Positions 9,396 to 18,588 of a stretch of DNA of 61,443 nt are shown here, piece after piece. This DNA comes from a virus (taxonomy: Duplodnaviria; Caudoviricetes), in IMG/VR virus record IMGVR_UViG_3300042905_004017, positions 1-61,443 of that record; one strand, 5' to 3'. A program made the translations under genes and the position numbers. Position 1 is the stretch's first letter, and every line of letters begins with the position of its first letter. The notes beneath the pieces were generated by a model that saw only the letters and a list, made by a program, of their open reading frames with translations, searched no databases and was not told the DNA's origin.

Positions 9396-9807
9396 GACTA
9401 ACTGCGTTAGTCTATTGATTTCGCTTGCGCTCATCAATGTTTTTTTAGGTTTCATCCAGATTAATTGGTCACTCTTTGCCCAGGGCGGGCAAAAATTATA
9501 TGCTTCATCCGAGTCGCATAGTCACTAGTATTAGAGCATTACAGAGGCGGTTGTCCGGTACCTCGAGCTCCGTTCTTATCACAACGGCGATTTGTACACA
9601 ACATACTAGCGTGGTATACAAACGTGTGCAATCGCTTGCACGTCTTTTTAGCCTTATCAATCCTATTCAAACAACTAAATCGCGGCGTTTGCGATCTTCA
9701 TCCCGAAGGGTAGTAGTTGAGTGCTCGTTGCGGCGACGAGGCTTCCGTCCCTGTGTATATTTCAACCAGGTCTAGGGCACACGATATTGACCTGTGCTAG
9801 TCTTTAC
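9392..9807 (-). ncRNA. Candidate large structured ncRNA (~410 nt), family not recognised
   Basis: About ten hairpins; on the minus strand cc-UUCG-gg, GCGA and GCAA tetraloops; potential long-range pairings; no credible ORF. Confidence 0.6.
9395..9446 (+). terminator. Double hairpin plus T-tract; probable intrinsic terminator of the + operon
   Basis: AGACTAAC-tgc-GTTAGTCT (9395-9413), then ATTGAT...ATCAAT (9414-9438), then T7, immediately after the stop codon. Confidence 0.6.
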
Positions 9808-10594
9808 TGCTCAAAATTCTTAATTTATTTGATAGAAATTTGCCATAAGATTCATGAGATAAAGGGCCAGGGTGTGAATTATCATTGCCAAGGTCTATTA
9901 ACATACTAACCATAGGTTGATACAAATTGAGCCATAATTGTTCTTGTATACCGCCAACGGACTGATAATCATTGTGTATTTTATCGTATAATAAATTTAT
10001 TTGATCGTCGTTTCTGTTATAAGAATTTAAAATAGTGTTTGTATATTTTGTAAGTGAGTTTGATTTGATTGGTTTTGATTTTTTTTTAAAAAAGTTTTTA
10101 TCCCAATGACAATAATTGTTTAAAAAGTAAATTTTTGTTTTTTTGGACTTGGCCAAGGTTGAGAGAATATTAACATATCTGACAATATCCAATATATCGT
10201 AATGTGCATTACTGATCAAACATAAATCATCTCGCAGTTTATGTAAAAATTTATCACTAAATGATAAATCATTACCATGAAACGGCAATAGATCGTGACC
10301 AGCTTTAAATACCCTAGTGCAATCGTATGGCTCTAGGCCTAACCAAGTGTAGTGTCTTGGATAGCTTGTCCAGCCAACAAAAACAAAATCATAAGCAGAT
10401 TTTGTTAATTCCACACATGTATCTAAAAATATACGCAAGTTTGAATATCCACCTACACCTATATTGGTTACAAGAACATCATCACCAAACATTTCTGCAG
10501 CTAACACATTTGCATAATGCATTGAATTCTGATTTTCTAAATCTAATCCAATACCTTGAACAATGGAGCATCCAGAAAATAATAATCTAATCAT
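9797..10594 (-). CDS. SGNH/GDSL-like hydrolase or acyltransferase, AT-rich
   Basis: N-terminal FSGCS.VQG, G.GG.SN block and C-terminal HPG motif. Confidence 0.65.
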   Translation of the reverse strand: MIRLLFSGCSIVQGIGLDLENQNSMHYANVLAAEMFGDDVLVTNIGVGGYSNLRIFLDTCVELTKSAYDFVFVGWTSYPRHYTWLGLEPYDCTRVFKAGHDLLPFHGNDLSFSDKFLHKLRDDLCLISNAHYDILDIVRYVNILSTLAKSKKTKIYFLNNYCHWDKNFFKKKSKPIKSNSLTKYTNTILNSYNRNDDQINLLYDKIHNDYQSVGGIQEQLWLNLYQPMVSMLIDLGNDNSHPGPLSHESYGKFLSNKLRILSSKD

Positions 10595-10605
10595 TACTCA
10601 ATTTG

Positions 10606-11034
10606 TTAAAGTTTGTTTTTTATATGAGAGCCATGGACACGGACCTGTATATGCCCGTTGTAATAATCATCTGATTCTAAGACTTGGTGTCGGAATTGTT
10701 CTCTTGCTTCAATATATGAACATTCTGCTTTTGATTTACAGTAATACAGTATTTGTCTAGTGAATTTGTCTGCGCCTAGAGTTTGTATGTCTTTTTTGAG
10801 TTCGTCATTTGAGCCATAATATTCTTGCCAATCGCTATCTATTTTGCTTCTGATCTTCTTTTTCTTTTTGTTACCGTTTTTAAGTTTTACTGTTCGTACT
10901 GTAGTTTTTGAAAATTTAGCTAACTTCTTTCCTATGTATTTGCGCCCAGATACAGTATTCGTTATCAAATACACAAATCCTACACAATCTTCAGGAAGTG
11001 ATTCCACAAGAGTGGATTCGAATAGCCATGACAT
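10606..11034 (-). CDS. GIY-YIG family endonuclease (single domain, Seg-like)
   Basis: GFVYLITN..SGRKYIGKK, YYGS, conserved Glu and a terminal YYN; basic KKKKK loop. Confidence 0.85.
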   Translation of the reverse strand: MSWLFESTLVESLPEDCVGFVYLITNTVSGRKYIGKKLAKFSKTTVRTVKLKNGNKKKKKIRSKIDSDWQEYYGSNDELKKDIQTLGADKFTRQILYYCKSKAECSYIEAREQFRHQVLESDDYYNGHIQVRVHGSHIKNKL

Positions 11035-11045
11035 ACAGCATATAA

Positions 11046-11630
11046 TTATGCCTTATAGTCTAGATTACAATAAAATGTTATTTCCTCTATACATGTGTTT
11101 GGATCCAAAGTTTGAGCATATTTTATAAAATTAGATACTGCTTCTAGATCAATTCCATTTCCTGTCCATGTAGGTCTACTACGACTAAGTTCAGTATCTA
11201 ATCGATCCAGTGTAATTAATGTAGTTTTAAATGATACTGTATTTGCTTTAAATGCTGCTGTGCCCTGTTGGCTAGCATGCTCTAAGGCTGCTTTTGCTAC
11301 ACGATAAGTTTCAAATCTTGGTTCTGGAGCTACAACGATTTTATTACCCACACTGCCAATATTGACGATCCATCCTGTTTTATTAGCTGCCCGCCATGCA
11401 TCATAAACAGCAAAATACACCTGTGACTGAGCAAAGTTAGCCCATGCTTCTTGCGGAGGACCATCAAATGCGTTATTGACAAACACATCGTAGTCCAAGC
11501 TCATTGCAGCAATCGCATCTGTATTGCGGGTAATATCAATGCCGTCTGCACGACTGACACTTGTACCTGCAAATTGTTCAACTAGGTGTTTACCTAGCCC
11601 TCTATTGCCGCCTGTTACCAACATCTTCAT
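11046..11630 (-). CDS. Short-chain dehydrogenase/reductase (SDR)
   Basis: TGGNRGLG Rossmann motif, NNA, NIGS and catalytic YRVAK (YxxxK). Confidence 0.85.
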   Translation of the reverse strand: MKMLVTGGNRGLGKHLVEQFAGTSVSRADGIDITRNTDAIAAMSLDYDVFVNNAFDGPPQEAWANFAQSQVYFAVYDAWRAANKTGWIVNIGSVGNKIVVAPEPRFETYRVAKAALEHASQQGTAAFKANTVSFKTTLITLDRLDTELSRSRPTWTGNGIDLEAVSNFIKYAQTLDPNTCIEEITFYCNLDYKA

Positions 11631-12748
11631 CTAATAGATCCTCCTTGATCCCAAACTTTTGTAAATTTTTCTCCGCACGTCATGGCGCATTCCATAATTT
11701 TGTTTGATCCAGACCAGCGATCAACAAGCTCAGTCCAAAAATTTGATTGAAAAATATCTTCTAAACTTTTGTTATTGATGTCTAATTCGTTTTTATATTG
11801 TTCAACAAACGCTTTTACTTGAATTCTTCCTGGGCCAGTAAAACTTGATTCATGCGCCCCTGGCATGGCACTGTCACGGAATCTGGCATCGTACATGTTA
11901 TGCTCAAAGAAATTACACGGCAATACTAATCCTTCAGCAGTTATAACAACTTTGTTGCCTAGCAGCGCATCGCATTGAACATCAGTTAGTTCAAGATACT
12001 TTCTAAAGCTACCGTGCATCTTTTTTATTACTTCAATTTTTTGTACACTGGGATTACGCAATTCCTCTAGTGTGGGTTCTTCTAAGCAATATTCAATGTT
12101 TTTGTTTTTATCTAGTACAGGCCAATTTTTATAAGCAGTTTCGTTTTTATGATCGTAAAATCTTCCAGTTTTTCTAGCCAAGAAATTAAAAAAGCCATAT
12201 TCTTGACTTAACGCTCTTGCCTGTTCAACTTGGTGCTCGTTGTGTTTAAAAACAATATAGTTCCATTGTGCTCTACCACCAGCACGAATAAACGCCAGGG
12301 CATTACGCATAGCTGTTGCATATTTTACATTACGTCTGTACAGATGTAAAGTATCCTCTAATCCATCAAATCCAAAATCAATCTGACCGTACCCGTTCAT
12401 TATACGGGCTATTTCTCCCCAGTAGTTTTCGTCATGAACTCCGCCGTTGGTATGAAAGTATAACCAAAGTGTTGGATTCTTCCGCCTAAAGTCCTGTAGT
12501 ATATCCAGAAAGTCGGGATGCATGATAGGATCGCCGTAACTGCCGCAAAAAAATATTTGTCGTAAACTTTTACAATGTTCGACGCTAAACGCAGCATCAA
12601 TAGCACACCTGTCTAAATGCACTAGAGGCATATAGGGATTTACGGGACCACCTTGTATGTTTCTAGGACATTGGGGACAGGCAGCATTACAATAGGTTGT
12701 AATTTCCAGTTGATATTCTGTTATTTGAGAAAAAATAAAATTTTTCAT
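11627..12748 (-). CDS. Radical SAM enzyme with C-terminal SPASM/twitch domain
   Basis: CNAACPQC, GSYGDP, HTNG; C-terminal C...G.VLPC...CAMTC. Confidence 0.9.
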   Translation of the reverse strand: MKNFIFSQITEYQLEITTYCNAACPQCPRNIQGGPVNPYMPLVHLDRCAIDAAFSVEHCKSLRQIFFCGSYGDPIMHPDFLDILQDFRRKNPTLWLYFHTNGGVHDENYWGEIARIMNGYGQIDFGFDGLEDTLHLYRRNVKYATAMRNALAFIRAGGRAQWNYIVFKHNEHQVEQARALSQEYGFFNFLARKTGRFYDHKNETAYKNWPVLDKNKNIEYCLEEPTLEELRNPSVQKIEVIKKMHGSFRKYLELTDVQCDALLGNKVVITAEGLVLPCNFFEHNMYDARFRDSAMPGAHESSFTGPGRIQVKAFVEQYKNELDINNKSLEDIFQSNFWTELVDRWSGSNKIMECAMTCGEKFTKVWDQGGSIR

Positions 12749-13512
12749 TGCAAAATTTTAAAACTGCTGCCTGATAACACAAGCAGGCAATAGCGTTCTT
12801 CAATAGTTAAATCTGGATTGGTATAATCGTAATCTTGTTTAGAAACCATTGTCAAATATGTATTTGTTGGTAAAAATTTTTTGTTTTGATCTATCCAATT
12901 GGTGTAATATTCTTTGCAATTATCTGACACATATAAACCAACTTGACGAACAGAATAGACAAAATAATCCCACCCTCTAAGAAAATCATTCAAAGAAATT
13001 TGTTTATTTGATAGTGTTCTAGGCTGTATACGATCTTTGATAAAATTGTAACAATCAAATTTGTACAAAATTTCAGGATTTTTTATTTTGACACAAAGCT
13101 GATGGTAATTTGGTAATAATTTTTTTTCTCTACTATTTTTTTCTAAACTGGCTTTAATCACAAACGGAAGAGTATCTACTGTAATTGTAATGTCAATTAG
13201 ATCTAAAAAACAATCAAACTTGTTATTATAAATGTGTGTTTTTAGAATCCAGCTTTTTTGTGTATCTAACTGATAGAGTTCCTGTAATTGAACATTTAGT
13301 CTCTCTTGATCAACATCAATTTCTGTTAATGACATCTTAGTTATTTCTGTAAAAGGAAAATTACTTACAAATTCATTATCAATTACAGTTTTACTATCAT
13401 TTAATCCAACGTAACGAACTTGACTATTCAAGGTTGGATTAGAATCCAATATCAATTTTAAAATTGTATCTCCTGCATAGCCTGACTTCCATCGCAAAAT
13501 AGTTATTGGCAT
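12745..13512 (-). CDS. Hypothetical protein, possible sulfotransferase-like fold, AT-rich
   Basis: 255-aa ORF coupled to its neighbours; W.SGYAGD.I and ILKTH resemble phage sulfotransferase-like proteins only weakly. Confidence 0.5.
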   Translation of the reverse strand: MPITILRWKSGYAGDTILKLILDSNPTLNSQVRYVGLNDSKTVIDNEFVSNFPFTEITKMSLTEIDVDQERLNVQLQELYQLDTQKSWILKTHIYNNKFDCFLDLIDITITVDTLPFVIKASLEKNSREKKLLPNYHQLCVKIKNPEILYKFDCYNFIKDRIQPRTLSNKQISLNDFLRGWDYFVYSVRQVGLYVSDNCKEYYTNWIDQNKKFLPTNTYLTMVSKQDYDYTNPDLTIEERYCLLVLSGSSFKILQ

Positions 13513-14009
13513 ATTATTATAGTATCATCAATGACAACACCACCTAATTCATCTGCAATTTTTTCATAAGAATATTTTAATCTATTAAAATTAAATCTGT
13601 TTAGCGGTAAAGTTACTAGTATATTTTTTGTCAATTTTCTACATTTTTTTATGTTATCTAAAATAGTTTGCCAGTCTTGATATTGTATCCACAAAGTGCT
13701 GTTAATTATACATAATACGTCAGAATTTATTTTCTTTATACAGTATTCGATCAGTTGTAAATTCGCAGGATCAATAAACAGGGTGTTTGGTTTCCAGTCA
13801 ATTTTGGCTTTAGAAAACATAGATGGTTCTATAAAAGTTCCATCAATATTCAATCGACATCCACCGCTAAACAAAATTGTGGTTGTCTTATTTTTTGTAT
13901 AATCTTTTATAAATTCGTCTACTGGTGCAGATATTGGATAAAATGTTGCCTGATATCTAGCTAACAAATATTTTTCATTATGATCAGGAATTTTTTTTAA
14001 TATCTTCAT
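13503..14009 (-). CDS. Hypothetical protein, AT-rich
   Basis: 168-aa ORF overlapping its neighbours in the operon. Confidence 0.6.
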   Translation of the reverse strand: MKILKKIPDHNEKYLLARYQATFYPISAPVDEFIKDYTKNKTTTILFSGGCRLNIDGTFIEPSMFSKAKIDWKPNTLFIDPANLQLIEYCIKKINSDVLCIINSTLWIQYQDWQTILDNIKKCRKLTKNILVTLPLNRFNFNRLKYSYEKIADELGGVVIDDTIIICQ

Positions 14010-14463
14010 TGCGAAAATAAAACCTGGTTAAAGGATGTACCCAATTAAATTGTGTGCCGTTATCATTTTTTCCACTAATGTAGTTGTATAATTTGTGCCT
14101 TACCTGTGAACTGATATAAGAAAAAATGGCGTCGTCATACGAATCAGGAACAGATGTTTGTGGTTCTGGAATGGCATTAAATTTGTTAATCGACAAATAC
14201 AACCAAGTGCCTAGGCCAAAATTATCTAAAGTTTCATTACAAATGTTTACTATCGTGCTAAATTTGAAAATCTGATTGACTATGTAAATACACATCTGGG
14301 GCTGTTGGTTACATTCTTTGCCAACAATAGATTTTACATGATTGCAATCACCCGAATAATATATTCTGGATATTTTATTATTTTCTACGAACTGTTTTAA
14401 AAGATAATCCTGTTCAAAAAGATCAGCGTGATACCAAAGTAATTGATTATCTAAAACATTCAT
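13984..14463 (-). CDS. Hypothetical protein, AT-rich
   Basis: 159-aa ORF with an ATGA overlap with gp46. Confidence 0.6.
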   Translation of the reverse strand: MNVLDNQLLWYHADLFEQDYLLKQFVENNKISRIYYSGDCNHVKSIVGKECNQQPQMCIYIVNQIFKFSTIVNICNETLDNFGLGTWLYLSINKFNAIPEPQTSVPDSYDDAIFSYISSQVRHKLYNYISGKNDNGTQFNWVHPLTRFYFRNEDIKKNS

Positions 14464-16229
14464 TTTATTTCAACATCAGTATTATAGCTGGTAAATCCGT
14501 TTTCTTTTACTACACTCAAAACGTTGTTTACACGACCAGCCAGCTCATCTTTGTGCGATACTAGCCAAACAGATCTATTACCTTCGCGGCTCATTTTCTT
14601 GAGAATGGCCAGACTGTTTTCTACACCCGAGCTGTCCATACCAGTATCAATGACTTCGTCAATGAACAAGAGATTAATTGGCTGATACAAGCTTTCCCAA
14701 ACATCACGAAATGCCCAACTCAAACTCAATATCAATCTGTTACGTTCGCCTCGGCTCAAGTTATCAAAGTCCAATTCTCTACCCAGTTCTTCGATGCTGA
14801 CAGATAGATCATTTTGGAACTTGACAGTGTGAGGCAATCCAATCCTATCCAAGTACTGACTTAACCTAGCGTTTAGATAACTTAGATTTTGATCAATGAT
14901 TCTTTTGCGAATGAAACTGTCTTTGTTGGTCAATAGTTTAAGCAAGAACTCTTGATGTTCTCTAACATTGGCCAATTCATTGATCATGTCATAGTTAATT
15001 TCTTCCAGCGCCTGTGTTTCCATCTCTCGGATTTGCTCTTCGTATGGGTCCGTATCGTTTTGTTTAGTTTCTAACTGTTGTTTTAAGTTAGCGACAGTAT
15101 TCTTGTGATTGATAGCATCTTCTTTCCGATCGTAAAACACTGTAGGAACAGGACCCGGCTCACCTAGTAGTTCTAAGGCACCAATGTGTGCATGTAATTG
15201 TTCGTCATTGGTAAGATACTGTAGTGCGGTTTCTTTCAAGGCGTTGCGTTTTTCTTCTAACACTTGCTCATGTTTGTGATCGTGAATTGCCTGACCGCAG
15301 GCATAACACTCATGCTTTTCTAGTTTTTCAATTTCTAATTTTAACTTGTCTAACTGTTTTAATAGTTTGACTTGTTCAGTTTCGCAAGCAATTTTCCAGC
15401 GATTAATTTCTGCGGCTTTTTTGGTTTTTTCATTATATGCATCTAGTGCATCGTGATTGGCAAGCTCTTGATCAATGGCCAAATCTCCTACAACCTCTAA
15501 AGCCTTTTCCAGTTCTACAATTTCATTGGCTCGTTTGGTAGTCCATATTGTTTGCCTACGCCTCGTGGCTTCGATTTGTTCTTGAATACGTGCATTGGCA
15601 TCTGTGACTGCCTTGATACGATATTCTTCTTGAGTGATAGCATCTCGAGTGGCCTTCAGTTGTTCTTTAAGCGCATCTGCTTTTTCACTCAACATAGTAA
15701 TACCAAGCAACTGCTCAATGATGGCTCGTTGATCGTTGGCTTTGAGTGCAAGGAATGGTTCTGTGTATGTGTTAAGTGCAACAATGTGTTTGAACATGTC
15801 GTGGCTCATACCCAGCATGCGTTCAATTTCTGCTTGTGTCTCTCTTGAGTCGCCTTGACTTTCGTCAGTGATTTGTTGTTCTTGGCCACCAACATAAAAT
15901 GCCATTGTGTTGGGCTTACGACCACGTTCGATCTTGAAGTCAATACCGTCCTTTTCAAACTCAATGGTAACCAACATGTTCTTACCATTTGTTTTGTTGA
16001 TAAGATTGTCTTTTTTGATGTTGGTTAAGGCAGCGCCGTAGAGCGCATAACTCAGTGCATTGATAATGGTTGTTTTGCCAGTTCCATTTCTGGCTCCTGT
16101 GTCGTCTCCACCCAGGTCCAAGTTTTGTCCCAGTACTAGAGTCAAATCTTTGCGGTCAAACTGAACGGCCTGGGTAGCATTACCCACGCTCATGAAATTT
16201 TTCACGGCCAGTGTTTTTATTTTAAACAT
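14460..16229 (-). CDS. gp46: Recombination nuclease ATPase subunit (gp46/SbcC/Rad50)
   Basis: Walker A GARNGTGKT, coiled coil with CYAC zinc hook, LSRGE signature, Walker B LLFIDE, VSH. Confidence 0.95.
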   Translation of the reverse strand: MFKIKTLAVKNFMSVGNATQAVQFDRKDLTLVLGQNLDLGGDDTGARNGTGKTTIINALSYALYGAALTNIKKDNLINKTNGKNMLVTIEFEKDGIDFKIERGRKPNTMAFYVGGQEQQITDESQGDSRETQAEIERMLGMSHDMFKHIVALNTYTEPFLALKANDQRAIIEQLLGITMLSEKADALKEQLKATRDAITQEEYRIKAVTDANARIQEQIEATRRRQTIWTTKRANEIVELEKALEVVGDLAIDQELANHDALDAYNEKTKKAAEINRWKIACETEQVKLLKQLDKLKLEIEKLEKHECYACGQAIHDHKHEQVLEEKRNALKETALQYLTNDEQLHAHIGALELLGEPGPVPTVFYDRKEDAINHKNTVANLKQQLETKQNDTDPYEEQIREMETQALEEINYDMINELANVREHQEFLLKLLTNKDSFIRKRIIDQNLSYLNARLSQYLDRIGLPHTVKFQNDLSVSIEELGRELDFDNLSRGERNRLILSLSWAFRDVWESLYQPINLLFIDEVIDTGMDSSGVENSLAILKKMSREGNRSVWLVSHKDELAGRVNNVLSVVKENGFTSYNTDVEIK

Positions 16230-17248
16230 TAGAGATTTCTGTAAATGTCAAGCAATAACGTTTTATTATACTGCTCGCTTTCGATATTTGTGAGTTGATT
16301 GGTAACAATGGTATCCACACTTTCAAACATGATGTTTCCGGTAATATCGTAATTGATGTCTTCGCTCACAACCTTTTGCGGAATGAGAGTAATTTCTCTT
16401 AAATTATATGTATTAACAAATGTTTCTTTGATAAAAGTTGCTTCTTCGTAACTGATATCTACGTCAAGATTAACACGCACATGCATGCCAGGATTGAGCA
16501 ATCTATCAGTGTTTTGTAACACATCACTGAGTTGGTACACACGGTATCTGGGTTGATCAGGCCAAGCATGATACTCTGGTTCCTGACCCCACTCTAGAAT
16601 CATCATACCACGCTCGTCGTCATGGTTGTCTGCGTAGTTGTGTGGAAAGCAATTACCAATGTATGTAATGTTCTTTTGTGTTTGTCGTTTGTGAAAATGT
16701 CCGGTGAATACATGTTCAACGCCATGGAAGTCTTCTCTTTTAACATCACCGTGATCGGGCATTTGAACCATGGCATTCATGTAAAACGTAGGCAGTTCAA
16801 AATGTCCAAACATGTATTTGGCCGTCAGCTTAGGGATTCGCTTATAATCGTCACCAACCAACCAAGGAGCAATAACCACGTCGCCACTGATATACCAATC
16901 ATTACAAATATGAATGTTAGGTAAGTTCCGTGCCCACGCCACACTTTGGACATCACGTTTGTCGCGATAATAAAGATCGTGATTGCCAGGAATAAAATAA
17001 ACAGCTTCAAAATTGTCATTCAAATGCTCCAGGGCCTTGAGGCTATAGTTTAGAGTGACAATGTTGATCGATGCTCGATTATTATGCCAGTCCCCAAGAA
17101 AGAACGCAGTTTCACATCCTTCTTCTTTGGCCTTTTGAGTAAACCATTTGATAAAGTTCAAGCAATCGTCGTTGTGTGTTTGACTGTTGCTTTTTAAACC
17201 AAAATGTATATCTGTGCAGACTGCTGCTCGTTTGAATAAGTTAGACAT
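16229..17248 (-). CDS. gp47: Recombination nuclease subunit (gp47/SbcD/Mre11)
   Basis: Metallophosphoesterase motifs DIHFG, LGDW, GNHD and GHFH; TAATG coupling to gp46. Confidence 0.95.
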   Translation of the reverse strand: MSNLFKRAAVCTDIHFGLKSNSQTHNDDCLNFIKWFTQKAKEEGCETAFFLGDWHNNRASINIVTLNYSLKALEHLNDNFEAVYFIPGNHDLYYRDKRDVQSVAWARNLPNIHICNDWYISGDVVIAPWLVGDDYKRIPKLTAKYMFGHFELPTFYMNAMVQMPDHGDVKREDFHGVEHVFTGHFHKRQTQKNITYIGNCFPHNYADNHDDERGMMILEWGQEPEYHAWPDQPRYRVYQLSDVLQNTDRLLNPGMHVRVNLDVDISYEEATFIKETFVNTYNLREITLIPQKVVSEDINYDITGNIMFESVDTIVTNQLTNIESEQYNKTLLLDIYRNL

Positions 17249-17280
17249 ACTAGTATTTTAACAAATTATCATGTGACAAA

Positions 17281-18588
17281 TCAAGTTTTAATTTGTTCCA
17301 GCCATGGGAATGTTTGCCGCCAATTGGTCTTTCTTCTTTTATCTAATTCAGTTAGATAATTTTTTAGCCGTTGAATTTGGTCCAAATTTGATGAACATTT
17401 TTTACTTCTATTAGCGATCCCGGCCATCATTTGTTTTTGTCCTTGTTGAACATCAGTTTCATCTGGCATTAAGTTTAAGATTCTGTCAAAATCTTGTTGA
17501 AAAATTTCGCCACCAAACATGTAAATATCATCAATATGGTTATCGCCGGTGGTGTTACAATTATGCAATATTTTGTTTGATGTGGTTCTCCATCCATCTG
17601 ATACATCTTCTTGGTGTTGGTTCCACTGGTTAATCTTTTCAAGCAAATCTGGAAAAACTTTTATTGTTAAAGATGACATGGTACTGTTAATTGAGGGTAA
17701 AATCCACGGCGTGTTAAGAATATATTTAAAATTTTGTTCCCATAAACTCAAAGATAAACCGTAACGTGTATATTCTTGTTGCTCGCCCCACCCATCTAAG
17801 CTGGCTGTTAACTGTAATCGCCACATTTTTTTATGCTTTGCTAAAAGCTCAAATTTTCTTATGTATTGTTTAAATATTTTATGCGGTATATTTAGATTTG
17901 ATACAATTGATATTTGTAAATCTGGGTGACCGTGTTTGGCCCATATACTAATGGCTTTGTCTAATTCTCCCATTAAAAATGGTTCACCACCTAATACGTG
18001 GAAACGTGTAATTTTAGCCGCATTATCATGTGATTCTAAATATTTCCAAAAATCTGACACCATTTTTTCATAATTAGGATTGTTCTGTTTAAAAAATGGA
18101 CTAAATTGGTATATGTTACTTTCATTCATAAAAAAGTTGCCATGTTTTCTATTTTCATCTTCCCATCTGCTACTAAAATGGGGGCCACAATAAATACAGG
18201 CCATGTTACAAGTATTACGAAACCATACCTCCAATATGGTAGGAGTAACAGAAACTGCGCCATTATCAACATGTAGTTCTGCTGGTATCAGATTCGTGTC
18301 ATTGAGCTGTGCAAGTTGAAATTTCCTATCACTTTCCCCACCAGTTTCTTCAATATTTTTACAATATTCACAACCAGCACCGGGCCATTCGCCAGACAAC
18401 ATTTTATTTCTTGCTTGTATTTTTTCTGGTAAATTATGAAAGTTAGAAAAATTGTCTGGGTCTATTGAATACTTTTGTGTGCGATGACACGAGGCAGATG
18501 TTCCGCTTTGGAAAAATATTGTACTCCAAGACCATTTAAGCAGACATGCAGTTGATGATTTGATCGGAAATACTACTTTAGTCGTCAT
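17281..18588 (-). CDS. Radical SAM enzyme with N-terminal twitch/SPASM-like domain, AT-rich
   Basis: CNMACIYC, LGGEP; N-terminal C..KW...G...SCH...CEYC; likely start ATG 18588. Confidence 0.88.
   Translation of the reverse strand: MTTKVVFPIKSSTACLLKWSWSTIFFQSGTSASCHRTQKYSIDPDNFSNFHNLPEKIQARNKMLSGEWPGAGCEYCKNIEETGGESDRKFQLAQLNDTNLIPAELHVDNGAVSVTPTILEVWFRNTCNMACIYCGPHFSSRWEDENRKHGNFFMNESNIYQFSPFFKQNNPNYEKMVSDFWKYLESHDNAAKITRFHVLGGEPFLMGELDKAISIWAKHGHPDLQISIVSNLNIPHKIFKQYIRKFELLAKHKKMWRLQLTASLDGWGEQQEYTRYGLSLSLWEQNFKYILNTPWILPSINSTMSSLTIKVFPDLLEKINQWNQHQEDVSDGWRTTSNKILHNCNTTGDNHIDDIYMFGGEIFQQDFDRILNLMPDETDVQQGQKQMMAGIANRSKKCSSNLDQIQRLKNYLTELDKRRKTNWRQTFPWLEQIKT

Noticed and set aside
9414-9438. 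Hammerhead-like core on the minus strand (UUGAUGA-GC-GCAA-GC-GAAA)
   Set aside because: Has U instead of C3, I could not build stems I and III, and the flanks pair with each other as a simple hairpin.
9476-9775. 99-aa + strand ORF in the structured gap
   Set aside because: Non-ATG start, no RBS, lies after a terminator-like hairpin, and has Arg/Ser-rich shadow-ORF composition; RNA structure explains the region better.
9392-11034. Group I intron carrying a GIY-YIG homing endonuclease
   Set aside because: No interrupted host gene flanks the region and I could not identify the P7 or other conserved core elements.
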